From positions 29,574,001 to 29,638,000 of the forward strand of contig CM022671.1 in assembly GCA_012295275.1 (NCBI GenBank): DNA of 64,000 bases. The letters are read 5' to 3'. Numbering within the stretch: the first letter of the stretch is position 1; every line of letters begins with the position of its first letter. Under the pieces are notes generated by a model. The model worked only from the letters and a program-made list of their open reading frames with translations. It ran no database searches and was not told the DNA's origin. A program made the position numbers and the translations under genes. Origin of the DNA: Chrysomallon squamiferum (Eukaryota; Animalia; Mollusca). This document shows positions 52,153 to 64,000 of the stretch, piece by piece.

Positions 52153-55079
52153 TAATTTACTTATTCTGTTTTGAGAGCAAGGGGTGGTTTTCTTTTCATC
52201 ACGAGGAATGTTTCGTACATGTATTTTGCTTCGCACGTTTGTCAGCGGCCTTGCTTTTGTTCTAATCAGCGAAGAAGTTTAAAGATGCTGAACAATAAAA
52301 GAATTCCTTAGCAGAAGAAACATGTCAAACACACCGTGCAGATTAAGGTGAGCCTAGTTAGTTAGTACGATTTGTTTTTAAAAAATTACCTTCAGTGTAA
52401 TTTAGTAACACTCTTTTCATTTTGTCTAACTACTTACAAATTAATATAACTGTTTTGATATTTATCTAAATAGAATGCAAGTTCATATTATTTTAATATT
52501 TATCTAAATACAATACAAATTAATATTGTTTTAATAGTTATCTAAATCTATGTCACTGTTTTAAGATTTAACTATCTGCCATACAAACTTTATATCGCAG
52601 TTTTATAAGTGATTGCAATTCAAATGAATGTCTTTGTTTTAAAATTTTAACTGCAATACGTATTTGTGGGACTTATTTAATATATACTCAACAACAGTGG
52701 AAATGAATGAAATTGACTCAGAAGTTACCTACAGTGTAAATTAATACGACTGTTTCAACATTTATCTGGAAGAATATGGAGTAATGTTTAATACTGTTTG
52801 TTATGTTAGTTTTTCACATGCTTGGATGAACATAATTATTCAGCCTCCAGAACTCGAGTATTTCCGCCGATTTCGAATTTTAACACAGCGGTATTAGTCT
52901 GTTGAGTAAATAATATTAAGCTATGTAATGAAAACGTGTGCGCAGATATCACGTCTTGACAATACAAATACCAGTATATTAAATAACATTACAGCGTGAA
53001 ATAAATATTGTTCAGTTTTTGCTGTATTAAATAACATAGGAGTGTTGGACAGTGACTGCATTACATTAAACTGTATACATGTATTGCTACATATAACATA
53101 AGTAATGGAATTATTATAGATTCTTATATTGCTACATGTACCTAAAATAATGGAATTATTATAGATTTTGACAATACAGCTGTTAGTAAAGTAGTGTGCA
53201 TTATATTAATAGAATATGATCTTTAATGTGTGCTAGTATTATAATATTTGCTATTTTTATTTATATTTATTTTTAAAGCTAGTTGTAATGGCAAAATAAG
53301 CGTTAAATATGCATAAAATAAAATGCATCACGTCATTAAGAATGTTTGTTAATGCAGGTCGATAAAACAAGTTTGTAGAGTTATGTAACGGTAATTATAA
53401 GTTAATAACGGAGTAGCTAACAGTTAACATCAGGAAGATGCATCCAACACTTTGTAAACCATTGGAAAAGGTTATAATATATATTTCATTTCGCGAATCC
53501 AGAATATCTGAAGACAACGGCATCAAAGACTTGTTTTTGTTTTTAGGAGGTTTTTTGTGGATTTATTATTATTATTTTTATTTTTTTTTTAAATTCATTT
53601 TCCATAAACTATTCAGTTAATAAAGATACCATCATTTATTATCATTATTATTTCTGTTTCTTCACTTACTAAGTATATTGATATACATTTGTTTTGTGTT
53701 TGTCTCTCTAGCCCTCATTACAATAGAAATCAGAGTGCTTTATTTCATATTTCTGCAAATATATAACGTAAAATTTCGATTTCGGCAAATAAAGGAAAAA
53801 ATATATGTTATGGTAATTCCAGATCGATCATAAAGAAATGTAGTGACTCAGTCTTTTATATACTCCATACTGAAATTTTTTTAAAATGAGCAAACATGAA
53901 GCATGCGGTAGTCTTGTGCAGAGTCTAAGAGCCTGGGTTGTCTACCCATGATATTTTTAGGGACAAGAGATGGCGTTTTCCAATCACTTTTGCTAAAAGT
54001 CGGTACGAAAAGGTAGTCCCTGTTCCTTCCAACTTTAAAGCCTATATCATAGTCTAAATACTACAGAGGCCAATTATACAAGGAAAAAATATCACTGACT
54101 TTTGAAGGACTCCAGCAAAATCAGACTTAGGTCCACGTCAGGCGTGTTTTAACATAACTGTCTATTATTTTTACGTTTTCGTGTTGCTGCATTTTAAACA
54201 AGATGTCAATGTCGAGTGTTTTAATATATTTATTTATAAGCATATACACAAACACTCATTTAATACTGTGCCAGTTGATTTGAAAGAAAAAAAGAGAGAG
54301 ATATAGGACTAAACATGTTACTGTATATGTAATTTTAACAATATTATATAACTGATTAAACTGGTTTTTGAAGTTGTGTTTTTGTTGGTTTCTTTTATTA
54401 TTTATTTTTATTTTTATTTTAATGTTTTCTTTATTTTAAAACTATTTATTTATTTATTTATTTTTAGTCTTGCATGAAAAAGTGAAAATCTGCTTTTAAA
54501 ATTCAGATCTTGTATGATTATTTTGAATGCAGAATATTTCGAAATTAGAATAATGACGGAGACAATGCATTTCATCTGTGTAGTTGTTTTAAGTGCACCT
54601 GATAACCAGTTTATCTACAATTATAGCACTAAGCACCAACACTCCTCAACCAGATGTATTATAAAATAATAATATTAACTGTGATCATTTGTTATGAATA
54701 ATATCTTAAGGAATCATTGAATTTAATCAAACAGGTAAAGAAATATAATGAATTATTTATTTATTATAATTATTATTTTATTATTTATTGTTATTTTGTT
54801 GGGGTTTCTGTTGTTTGTTTTTTTTTTTTTTTTTTTTTTAGTAAAATGGAAGGGAGTGGTCATAATTTATTATTCTATAATTGGCAAACTTAAACATACA
54901 ATACATTTAAATAAGTTGTTCACATGTAACTTGGTGTAAACGTGAGAGAAATCGTAGGAGAAGGGTTGATAGAAAATACTACCATATATGTATCACTTCA
55001 GTCAAGATCTGTAATATGCAGAAGAAACGTATATAAAGCTATATACTGTCTGTGAAGATTTTGCAAGTTTTGGATTAGT

Positions 55080-55100
55080 ATGGAAATCAGTTTCTATAAG
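55080..55100 (+). other. Candidate alternative KDM2 first coding exon (MEISFYK)
   Basis: TATATAAAG at 55030, ATG at 55080, consensus donor AAG|GTAAGT at 55101, phase 0 compatible with the 61964 exon. Confidence 0.4.
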
Positions 55101-58100
55101 GTAAGTTTCATTTTTGCAAATATTTTGATGTTTTAACTACATATTTTTAAATATCTGAAAATGTTCTGTTCTCTGGCTTAAGAGAGTGACCAAAACGATC
55201 TTCAAAATATGCTAGAAAAAAAACGTTCGTCATAATATTCTAAACAATTAGACTACAGTTTATATAGGACTTGAACTAAAGATAAATAACAGGTTCACAT
55301 ATCTATTAAATAATTACTAAATATTTATATATATATAATTCGATATTCGATTAACAATACCATGCTTTAATGGGGATACATGTTATAAAACTATTATTAT
55401 TATTATTATTAGTTAGTTAGTTTGTTAGTTCTGAATATAATCGAATAATTAATTTTAAGTAAAACTGAAATTTTACGAAATTGATTTTTGTATTTTTGAG
55501 AAGGTAGATCAAAATGAAAACTTGCTGATGATCGACAACTATAGCTCTGAGAAGGGCAGCATCGGGTTTCATCTCGGGCGTTTGTGTGTGTCTGGTGTCT
55601 GTCACATAATAACTATTCAGATTAAAACGTGTTAAACAAAATGAATACCAATCAGGACTAAGCACATTAACATTACATAATCATCAAACAACTACCGGGT
55701 ACTTAAAATAAATATTTTCTAAATTTCGTTATCTAATGATATAATCAAATCGAGGAAATGTTAAAACTGGTCAGAAATAGTAGGATTTGTTTTTTTTAAA
55801 TTGCAGTAAAATCGGAAACTTTTAAAATAACAATCTTTAAACATTTTTATTTAATTATCACTGTTTTACATCAAGTAATGAATTAGCGTTTCAAATAATT
55901 GAGTATGAAATGGGTTTATGTATATTATTGTCATTACCTGCGTTAATAAAGGTTATTACCTGATGATTCGAATTTTTGAAGTGCATAAAGGCTTGTTTGT
56001 ATGTGCAAACATTATTTCATAACAATGTGTGTTTACCGAAAGATTTAAACGAAAGTAGTTTATCTGTCATCAAAAGAAATAAGTATGAAATATAAGTAAT
56101 ATTTATTTGGTTAAATTTAATTTTTTAAATAGTTACCCATTCAATACACGTGTGAGAGTTTATAAGAATAAAATTAATTAATTTATTATACTTTAGGTTA
56201 ACGCTTTTATCATGGAAATGGCGCAAAATTACGTACTAAAATTATAAAACATTTTAAGTTGTTTGTCTAGTATTGTTCGTAGATCATTATGCACGTTTTT
56301 AAGTTATTCATCGAATTATACACATTATGATATATGCGAGTTAAATAATTATACAGGTCTATTGTATAATATGGACCTTTAACTCACAGCTGAATATATA
56401 CGTTCAGCTAAGAAGACTGAAATCTCAGTTTGTTTCCTAATACTGCTGTATTCAACAACTGACAAGTCTGAAGTCGTTATTCTGGCGTATTCAGTTATTT
56501 TGAATACAGTAGTTTCAACCTGTAACAGTTAAATAAAACAGTTTATATTAATAATAAATATGATAGTGTTAACCTGTAACAAAAATAGCAGTCTACATTA
56601 CTATTAAATATGATGCGATTTACCTGTTTTTATTAACTGTATCAATTTATATTATTACTAAATATGATAATGTGTAACAGTTAAAAATTGCTGTTTCTGT
56701 TAGTATTAAATACAATAGTACATGCCAGTTACATTAAGTAAGATAATGTTTATCCTTGTATGACGGTTTCTGTTACAATTAAATGTAGGTTTTTGCGAGT
56801 TGCTGTTAAATATAGAGGTTTCTATTACTATTAAACATAATAGTTTCTATCCTTTGCTATTAAAATGTAATGAATTTCAAATATTATTAAATAAAGTGAT
56901 TTCTAATTTTAGTTTGATATAGTAGTTACAAGTTGAACATTTTTAACTTAGCAAAATTAGATTATAATAGTATTTACTATTATATACAGCAGTCTCTATC
57001 GTGTTTTTACTGCAATTTCTAAAGGCTGCATACATCTTCCCACAAAAATAAAACAATGGTATCATTCTGAAAGTAAAGTAACAGAAATATTTGTTTATTT
57101 ATAAGCTAACAAGACAGTAAATTGTGTGTGTGTGTGTTTGGGTGAGTATGTGTGTGTGCTAGTGAATGGTGCTTGTTTGAATATATCTGTCTTGATGTCA
57201 GTTTCCCCGTGCTGCTTAAGATTTATGCGTTTAGGCAGTGGTCTTTTTTCTTTTTTTTTCTTTTTTTTTCTTCCACTGTGTGTGTGTGTTAGGTGGGTTT
57301 TTTTCGGGGGGCGGTGCTTTTTGTTTTTTGTTTCATAATTATCTGGTAATTATTTACATCAGCAATGATGGATAACATTATATTTGCTCTTTCATTAAAA
57401 ATCGTTAATTAGTTCAATTTGGTTACAAAAGTGGTTTTGTTTTAAATTCACACCAAATTACCCCGTTGAAACTGATGTTTTTATTCTATTATTTTATTTT
57501 ATTTATTACTTTTATGTTATTGGGTTTTTTTTATATATATATTATTGTTACTTCTCAGATATAGGTATTTGCAGCTGCATTCAAACTATTACATTATGTT
57601 TGTCATGGGCATTAAATATATAAAGAAATATTTTGAAAATAACTGATTAATACCACGGCAACATGCAAACGTGCTTAATGTTCGTAGTGGATAGAAGATA
57701 TCAGTTTCTGTTTTTGAAAGTGTAGCCTAGGATTTGGTTCATTTCATATAAAAATTGAGTTTAATTGTGTTTTTGTCTTCTCACAGTCTAAACGTAAATG
57801 CACCTATAAAGAAATACTTTTTCTTTTCATTCTTTCCCATTAAAAATGAAAGAAAGAAATGAAATAACTGTAGATGAAAATTAGTTTAGACACCAACTCC
57901 ACTTTTGTGATATTCTGTTCTTAAAATGAAAACTAATATCATGCATTTCTGTTAAGATTTTCTAGATTATATAGTTATTTATACAAAGTAAAAAGTTCTG
58001 ATTATAATTAAGGAAAATGTTTAATAAACATTCTCCCTTTTGAACATTTAAGCTATTGATAATAAGCCTGCTGTTAATTTTTCGTGTCTTTTGAGAACAC

Positions 58101-59056
58101 CCTCTCCTGTTTACAGGCACGATTTCCTGTTTTTGTTTCCTAGACTTAACAAACGGCATTTTTGAATAACATTTATAAATATATATAACTGCTTTAATTT
58201 TGAAGTGTTTTTTCTTGTTTAGTTTTTTGTAAATAATGTAAAATAAATAAGTGTCGTTCACGGGATATTAAATGTAATATCGATAGTTTTAATTCCTATA
58301 AATTATGTTTTAAAAACAAAAAACAAAAAAACAACCTAACACAAGATACTGATATTATCAATAACTAATAATAAAAACAGTTCAACATAATTACATATAG
58401 TCTACATTTGGCTGAAGTCACACACGTATGTAATTATGCATTCGCACACAGTTCCGTATATATATATATAAGCACATATACCTATTTTAAAAGATTTTTT
58501 TAGTTATAGTTAGTAATGGATTTATTGATACATTTCTACAAGAGGAGCATGGTAGTAGATGAAAGTTAAATGTTATTTTCTAATTCTCTTCTTTGTTTTT
58601 TATTATTTATTTAATTATTTGTATTAACTATTATTATTATTCTAGTATTGGTTATTCTATTATTTTGTATATATCTATTACGTTTTTAACGGTACTTGTT
58701 TGTAGTTATGTTGTTCTGAATTAGCTATTTTATTCAATTTATTATTTTATTATTATTATTATAAATCACTATATGTTTCATAATTCATTATAATATCCGG
58801 CAGTTAGTATTTTCACTTGTTATATTTTTAATTAATCAGACGGTCTACAGCTACTTAATCTGTTAATAATTTCAGTGGGGTGAAACAATAACGATAACTT
58901 AATTCGAATGAGCGTAAATCATAAAAATCAGCTGCTGAGTGTGTATGTATATCATACGCACATATATGAAGTTAGCTGCTTATAACGTGATATCTGTTTA
59001 TATTTTTTTTTTCTTACACATTACTAAATGTCATTCCAATTAGAACTTTACACATT

Positions 59057-59060
<4 letters not shown>

Positions 59061-59136
<76 letters not shown>
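59061..59136. repeat. (CT)n microsatellite
   Basis: Directly visible. Confidence 0.97.
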
Positions 59137-59140
<4 letters not shown>

Positions 59141-60422
59141 TCAGAAAATCTGAAAATAAATAAAAGGTTATTTAGCACACTAACCAGGCTACTTTTAATA
59201 CTTAATAAAATAACTAAAACATTTTCCGCGCTTCCATAATGTATGTACTAGTTTATTGTGTTATAATTGTTATTGTTCACCTACATATATCTACTACACC
59301 ACTGCATGAGTATCATTTATCATTTTGTTGTAAAAAAAGTTTGATATTTATGAACATTATTTTTAAAAATTGGGAACAATTTATAATTATTATGTTTCAT
59401 TATCATACTGCTTGCAAAATGTCCAAGTGGTGAAACGTTGTGCCTTAAATAGGGCCTGTCGGCCAATTTTTTAGAGTTATTGTGTTAGAAAATAAACCTT
59501 GAAACACTACTTACACTATTATCTTAATATTTCATTATTAATGCATGTTGACTATTCCAGACTGCTATTTAAGTACGTTTAAATGAAAATATTTACAAAA
59601 CGCGTCTATTTTGTTTTTATTTTTGTCAGTTAATTACGAATTCTGAGCAATGAATACATAACCGTATAATAGTAATCTGAGGAAAGAGTTGAGATAAAAT
59701 TTAATTGTTGCCATCATCATCATTAATTTAAGTAACATGAAATAAGTTTGGTTGACATACTGGATGTTGTAGTTTTGTTCCTAGAACAGAATATTAATTA
59801 TATATAATAATGATATTAAAAATATGCCGATGTTTACTAAAACATGCACAGATGACCTACAAAATATACTGTTAACTATTTCGGTATACCTGAAAATTCA
59901 TGAATAAAAATTATCTTTGTTCATTGTACTTATGGAAAATAATAAACCTACCATTAATCAGCTAAGCAGTGCAGATAAAGTGTTAGCTTGTATTGTATTT
60001 ATTTTATTCTGTAATATATTATTAACAACAGTTATTGTAATACTCACCCTGAAACGATCAAACAATTCAAACAGACGAGGTTTGTTTTGTGGATTTTTGT
60101 TCGATTGTTTATCCAATTGACCGTAGTAAGTCTAGTTAATAGTTCTGATTGCGATGGCGGCTGTATGGGCACATATTGACCGAGAACGTGACGTTGTTGA
60201 AGGGAATTTCTAGAAATTATCCGTTACTTTGCCTACCTCTGTTTGTTTTGAATTAACAAAATGAGCCATCATAATATAACAGTTTATGACAAATAAATAA
60301 AAAATAACAATTACTCTGTATAAAATCCTTACGTTTATTATTGTGCTGAGAGTGAGAAATCCTGCACGCTGCTTTTATTTACAAAAGTATTTAGCAGGTG
60401 ATGTGGAGAAAGGAAATTTAAA

Positions 60423-60482
60423 ATGAAAGATAAAAGTAAAACAAAGATGGATGATCCACCAGGAATATCAGTAATACAAACA
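60423..60482 (+). other. Candidate alternative KDM2 coding exon (MKDKSKTKMDDPPGISVIQT)
   Basis: 20 codons ending at donor GTAAGG (60483), phase 0. Upstream CpG patch with CCAAT (~60113) and YY1-like GATGGCGGC (~60153). Confidence 0.33.
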
Positions 60483-61569
60483 GTAAGGTTGTTAATCTAT
60501 TTTGATGTACACAAATTATTTATACCATCATGGACTTAATATTTGTTTTCATTTCATTCTGTTATAATATATTTTTTCAGTATTATTTTAAAAGATCTTT
60601 CATGTATGTATTCTCAGTTCTATGATATATTCATAATATTGCTGGTCAGCAAATAAAAGAAAGTAATATGACATTATGAGGAAAATTAAAATCAAACCTA
60701 TTGTTATTTTATAATTGTTTTATTTATTTATTTATCATCACAGTGACATACAGATGAAATTAAGTTATTTTTATAAATATTTTTGTGCACTGATATTGTT
60801 GATTTTGTATAAAATATTTAAATAAATTAAGTTTTGTATAAAACTGTTACTTTTTAGTTTTATCTTCTTCCTTTTACTGGAAGCCTATCTTAGTATCTAT
60901 TATCTTTTTTGTAAAGAAAGAACCGTAACCAAACGTTTATTTTGTTTGTTGCTTAAACCGTTTTTGTTTTAAGTTTTCATCTTATGTTTTTGTCATGTCT
61001 TTATATATATTCATTATTATTTTTTTTATATATATTTTATATTTAAGTAACCAAACAGTTTTTGCATGAAAATACAGAGACAGTCTAAGGAATTATTTAT
61101 ATTTTGGACACTTTAGAGGAAGTGTCAAATATACTGCCACTGAATAACATTGTATCAACATGTATCATTGTTTGAACTTTGTAATTATTTATGGTGCAAA
61201 AACTTTTTGCTTATAACTTTATAAGTAAGATATTTTCAGTCATTCTCCCCAGTCAGTATATTTTATGATAGTGATAATGAAAATTATAACATTGGTAAAA
61301 TAAATGTTCTGGTAGCAAAAACGTTTTTATTTTGTTCCCATAGAATGTTTACTCTGGATTATTATATTATTTCACATTCTTGAGTAAGAAGTTGTAATAT
61401 TCTGCTGTATTTAAATAAAAATAAATTAAAAAAAAAATCTGTTGGAAGAAATCAAAGAACTACTTATTATCTTTTATTTGTTTTTCTTCAAATTTTCGTT
61501 TTTACATTTTTCTTCTGGTTTTACATTAATACAGGAGAAATAGTGTATAAAACATTCATTTAATGCTTT

Positions 61570-61785
61570 GTGTATGTGTGTGTGTGTGTGTGTGTCTGTC
61601 TGTCTGTCTCTCTGTGTGTGTGTGTGTGTCTGTCTGTCTGTCTGTCTGTGTGTGTGTGTGTGTGTCTGTCTCTGTCTGTCTCTCTGTGTGTGTGTGTGTG
61701 TGTGTGTGTGTCTGTCTGTCTGTCTCTCTGTGTGTGTGTGTGTGTGTGTCTCTGTCTGTCTGTGTGTGTGTGTGTGTGTGTGTGC
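61570..61785. repeat. Compound (TG)n/(TCTG)n microsatellite
   Basis: Directly visible. Confidence 0.95.
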
Positions 61786-61963
61786 TGCTAATAATACACC
61801 CACATTGCTGAGTATAGCTTGGGACAGAGAGGCTGGAATGTGATATATGGTTGAGCAGTGCTTTGATTATTTTATCATTGTTACACCATTTTCTTATGGC
61901 AGTTTCATCCATCTAGAGATCTACAGAAATAAAATACTAATACAGTTTACTTTTAAATTTCAG

Positions 61964-62102
61964 AGGACAAAGGAGAGACGTCTGTATGCAGACATTGATA
62001 TTGATGATGATGAAATTGAAGGGAAAAGAACATACAATGTTGAGCAGAAGTTGCGTCAAAATACGTTTAAAGGAGATTTTGTTATTGAGATGAAAGGCGA
62101 AG
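61964..62102 (+). CDS. KDM2: KDM2 (JHDM1, H3K36 demethylase) exon (RTKERRLYADIDIDDDEIEGKRTYNVEQKLRQNTFKGDFVIEMKGE)
   Basis: TTTCAG acceptor; DDEIEGKRT as in the KDM2A N-terminus; donor G|GTTATT in phase 1. Confidence 0.92.
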
Positions 62103-62414
62103 GTTATTATTTTATATTTTTCAGGCACTGTACATACATGTCTGTTTTCTTCTTTTCTGTAATCTAGTTGATTGGCTTTTTATTTCTTAAATATTTATCA
62201 TTTCATGAATATAATTTTTGAAAAACTTAAATTTTATCTTGGAATAGTTTCACTTGGAATTTGGTTTCATTAATTGGAACATTTGTTTAACAGAAACTCA
62301 AAAATGTTGCTAACATTTATTTTATAAATACTAGTTCTCAGTATTTTCACAATTCAGTTCACTTACACAAACTAAATGTTTTTGCATTTAAGTAGTAAGC
62401 TCCTGTAATTTGTA

Positions 62415-62597
62415 CTTGTTGAGAATCGTTTTATCCAAAATGCTTGAGACTGGAAGTGTTGCAAATTTTGGATTTTGAACTATAACCTGAGAATAAGATC
62501 AAAGTCTAAATACAAATTCCATTTATATTTCATATATAGTATTTTTCAGATGGATTTTTAAAATATTTTTATTAATTTTGTGCATAAAATAAAGTTT
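62415..62597 (+). mobile_element. Possible degenerate Tigger/pogo (Tigger4/MER46-like) terminal fragment
   Basis: TA followed by CTTGTTGAGAATCGTTTTATCCAAAATGCTTGAGACTGGAAGTGTT...AAGTCTAAATACAAATTCCATTTATATTTCATATA...AATTTTGTGCATAAAATAAAGTTT resembles the Tigger4/MER46 end as remembered. No second TIR seen. Confidence 0.5.
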
Positions 62598-62619
62598 CTA
62601 TATGCATATATTTTTATAG

Positions 62620-62698
62620 ATTTCAATTTGAAATACATGCAAGAAAATGGGCTGATGAAACCAATACTGTTCCATGACAAGAAAGGACTGGGAATGAG
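62620..62698 (+). CDS. KDM2: KDM2 exon (DFNLKYMQENGLMKPILFHDKKGLGMR)
   Basis: TAG acceptor, GTAATT donor, phase 1-2; aligns to KDM2A [27 protein letters not shown]. Confidence 0.93.
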
Positions 62699-63193
62699 GT
62701 AATTAGTATATTACTCGTAGATATATGGTGTAATTAATATGGTAGATGTACTAATTGTTTTAAATTGTTTTAAAATATGTATCTAAGAGCAGTCAGTCTT
62801 AAAGCTCATAGGTCTAAACTATAAATGTATTGTTATACTGTGAATAGGGTTGCATGAATGTAAATTATTTGTGATATTACAGCTGTGAGAGTACTTACAC
62901 GAGAGTTGTAGTAGTACATTATATTTGCATGTAATATTAGTCTTGAGTTGCAGGAATACCTGATATTTGAATTATAAATGTAGATGTACTGTTATTCTAA
63001 TGAAGTAGGTATACATAATATTATTTATATTATACATAAAGTTATTTTAAAGAAATACAAATTTATTTGTTTCTTTTTAATCATTGAACAGTTCAGATAT
63101 AATTTTACAGAGAGGATGAAAAAAAAAAAAATATATATATATATATATTTATATATATTATCTTCCTTAATTAATTAAAATGTAATTTTTCAG

Positions 63194-63240
63194 AGTTCCA
63201 AGTGAGAACTTCAAAGTGAGTGATGTCAAACAGTGCGTTG
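63194..63240 (+). CDS. KDM2: KDM2 exon (VPSENFKVSDVKQCVG); gene continues past window end
   Basis: TTTTCAG acceptor, GTAAGT donor at 63241, phase 2-1; aligns to MPDPDFTVNDVKMCVG. Confidence 0.93.
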
Positions 63241-64000
63241 GTAAGTTAAGTTTACCTTTTGTCTGTTAGCCTCTTTCCTTGCAGTATGTGCACCCAAAAT
63301 TGTATTTCTGTTAACTAAGTAAGCTAACATATCACACAGCTTTATAAAAAACATGTCATAGTGCACACCCCCAGATTCTCCAAAATTCCAGCTTTGAAAT
63401 TACTTTAAACTGTTTCTAACAGTTTTAGGTTATTTATATAAGTAGTATCAACTGGTTACTTGAAATTCAAAAAATGAAATCTGTTTTGTTTTAATTAATC
63501 CAAGCAACTATTTATATATAAAAAAAAAAAAAGGATTTTTTTTCTCCTGTTTTAGTGTTCTAAAAGTAATTTAATAATTTATTTTTAAAAATTATTTATA
63601 ACCAACACATGTCTAATTTATAATTTCAATAACGTTGTTACAAATTCACACAAAAAAATGTCCTAATTTCACTCTTGTTTTTGTGTGGATTATAGCATTT
63701 ATTTTAGACAGGAAAATAATGCTTTTAATTAAACAAGAATATCACCTTACTTTATTTAATTAGTTATAATGGATGCACTATAAACTTTTCCAGTTAACAA
63801 TTAAATCAATAGATAACTGATACTGCAGGTAGCTTACCAGCTTTGGATGTGAGGACATGAAATTAAAATTTTCCAATTAATAATTATATTATATTTTTAC
63901 AAGTAGCCTATATATTTTAAATGTAAAGGATATGACACAAACTTTTCTTTTTAACAATTATTTTGAATAACAATTTAACAGGCTTTCGACATTTTCAATA

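Overview
This is AT-rich, microsatellite-rich, intron-containing animal genomic DNA (probably invertebrate; the taxon cannot be fixed from sequence alone). Most ORF-track entries are low-complexity artefacts, so genes were rebuilt by hand from GT-AG exons. Left to right: (1) the last four exons of a mitochondrial-type thioredoxin reductase (TXNRD2-like, +) with a type II SECIS in the 3' UTR; (2) an uncharacterised 403-aa single-pass membrane protein (-) preceded by a uORF duplicated from its own N-terminus; (3) a TMEM45-family gene (-) that lacks most family histidines; (4) a 253-bp hAT-type MITE with an 8-bp TSD, and a ~250-bp-arm inverted repeat; (5) MORN3 (-, 5 exons, 1-nt frameshift in exon 2); (6) Orai (-, 2 exons) head-to-head with (7) the 5' part of KDM2 (+), whose first intron holds candidate alternative first exons. 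Top finding: the thioredoxin reductase ends ACC-TGA-TGC-TGA-GGT-TAA, i.e. T-U-C-U-G instead of canonical T-G-C-U-G, a possible two-selenocysteine redox tail. It comes with a hairpin just after the UGAs and a SECIS on a long extended stem. A single-base error or nonsense allele is not excluded. Family assignments rest on remembered homologue sequences, not on a database search.
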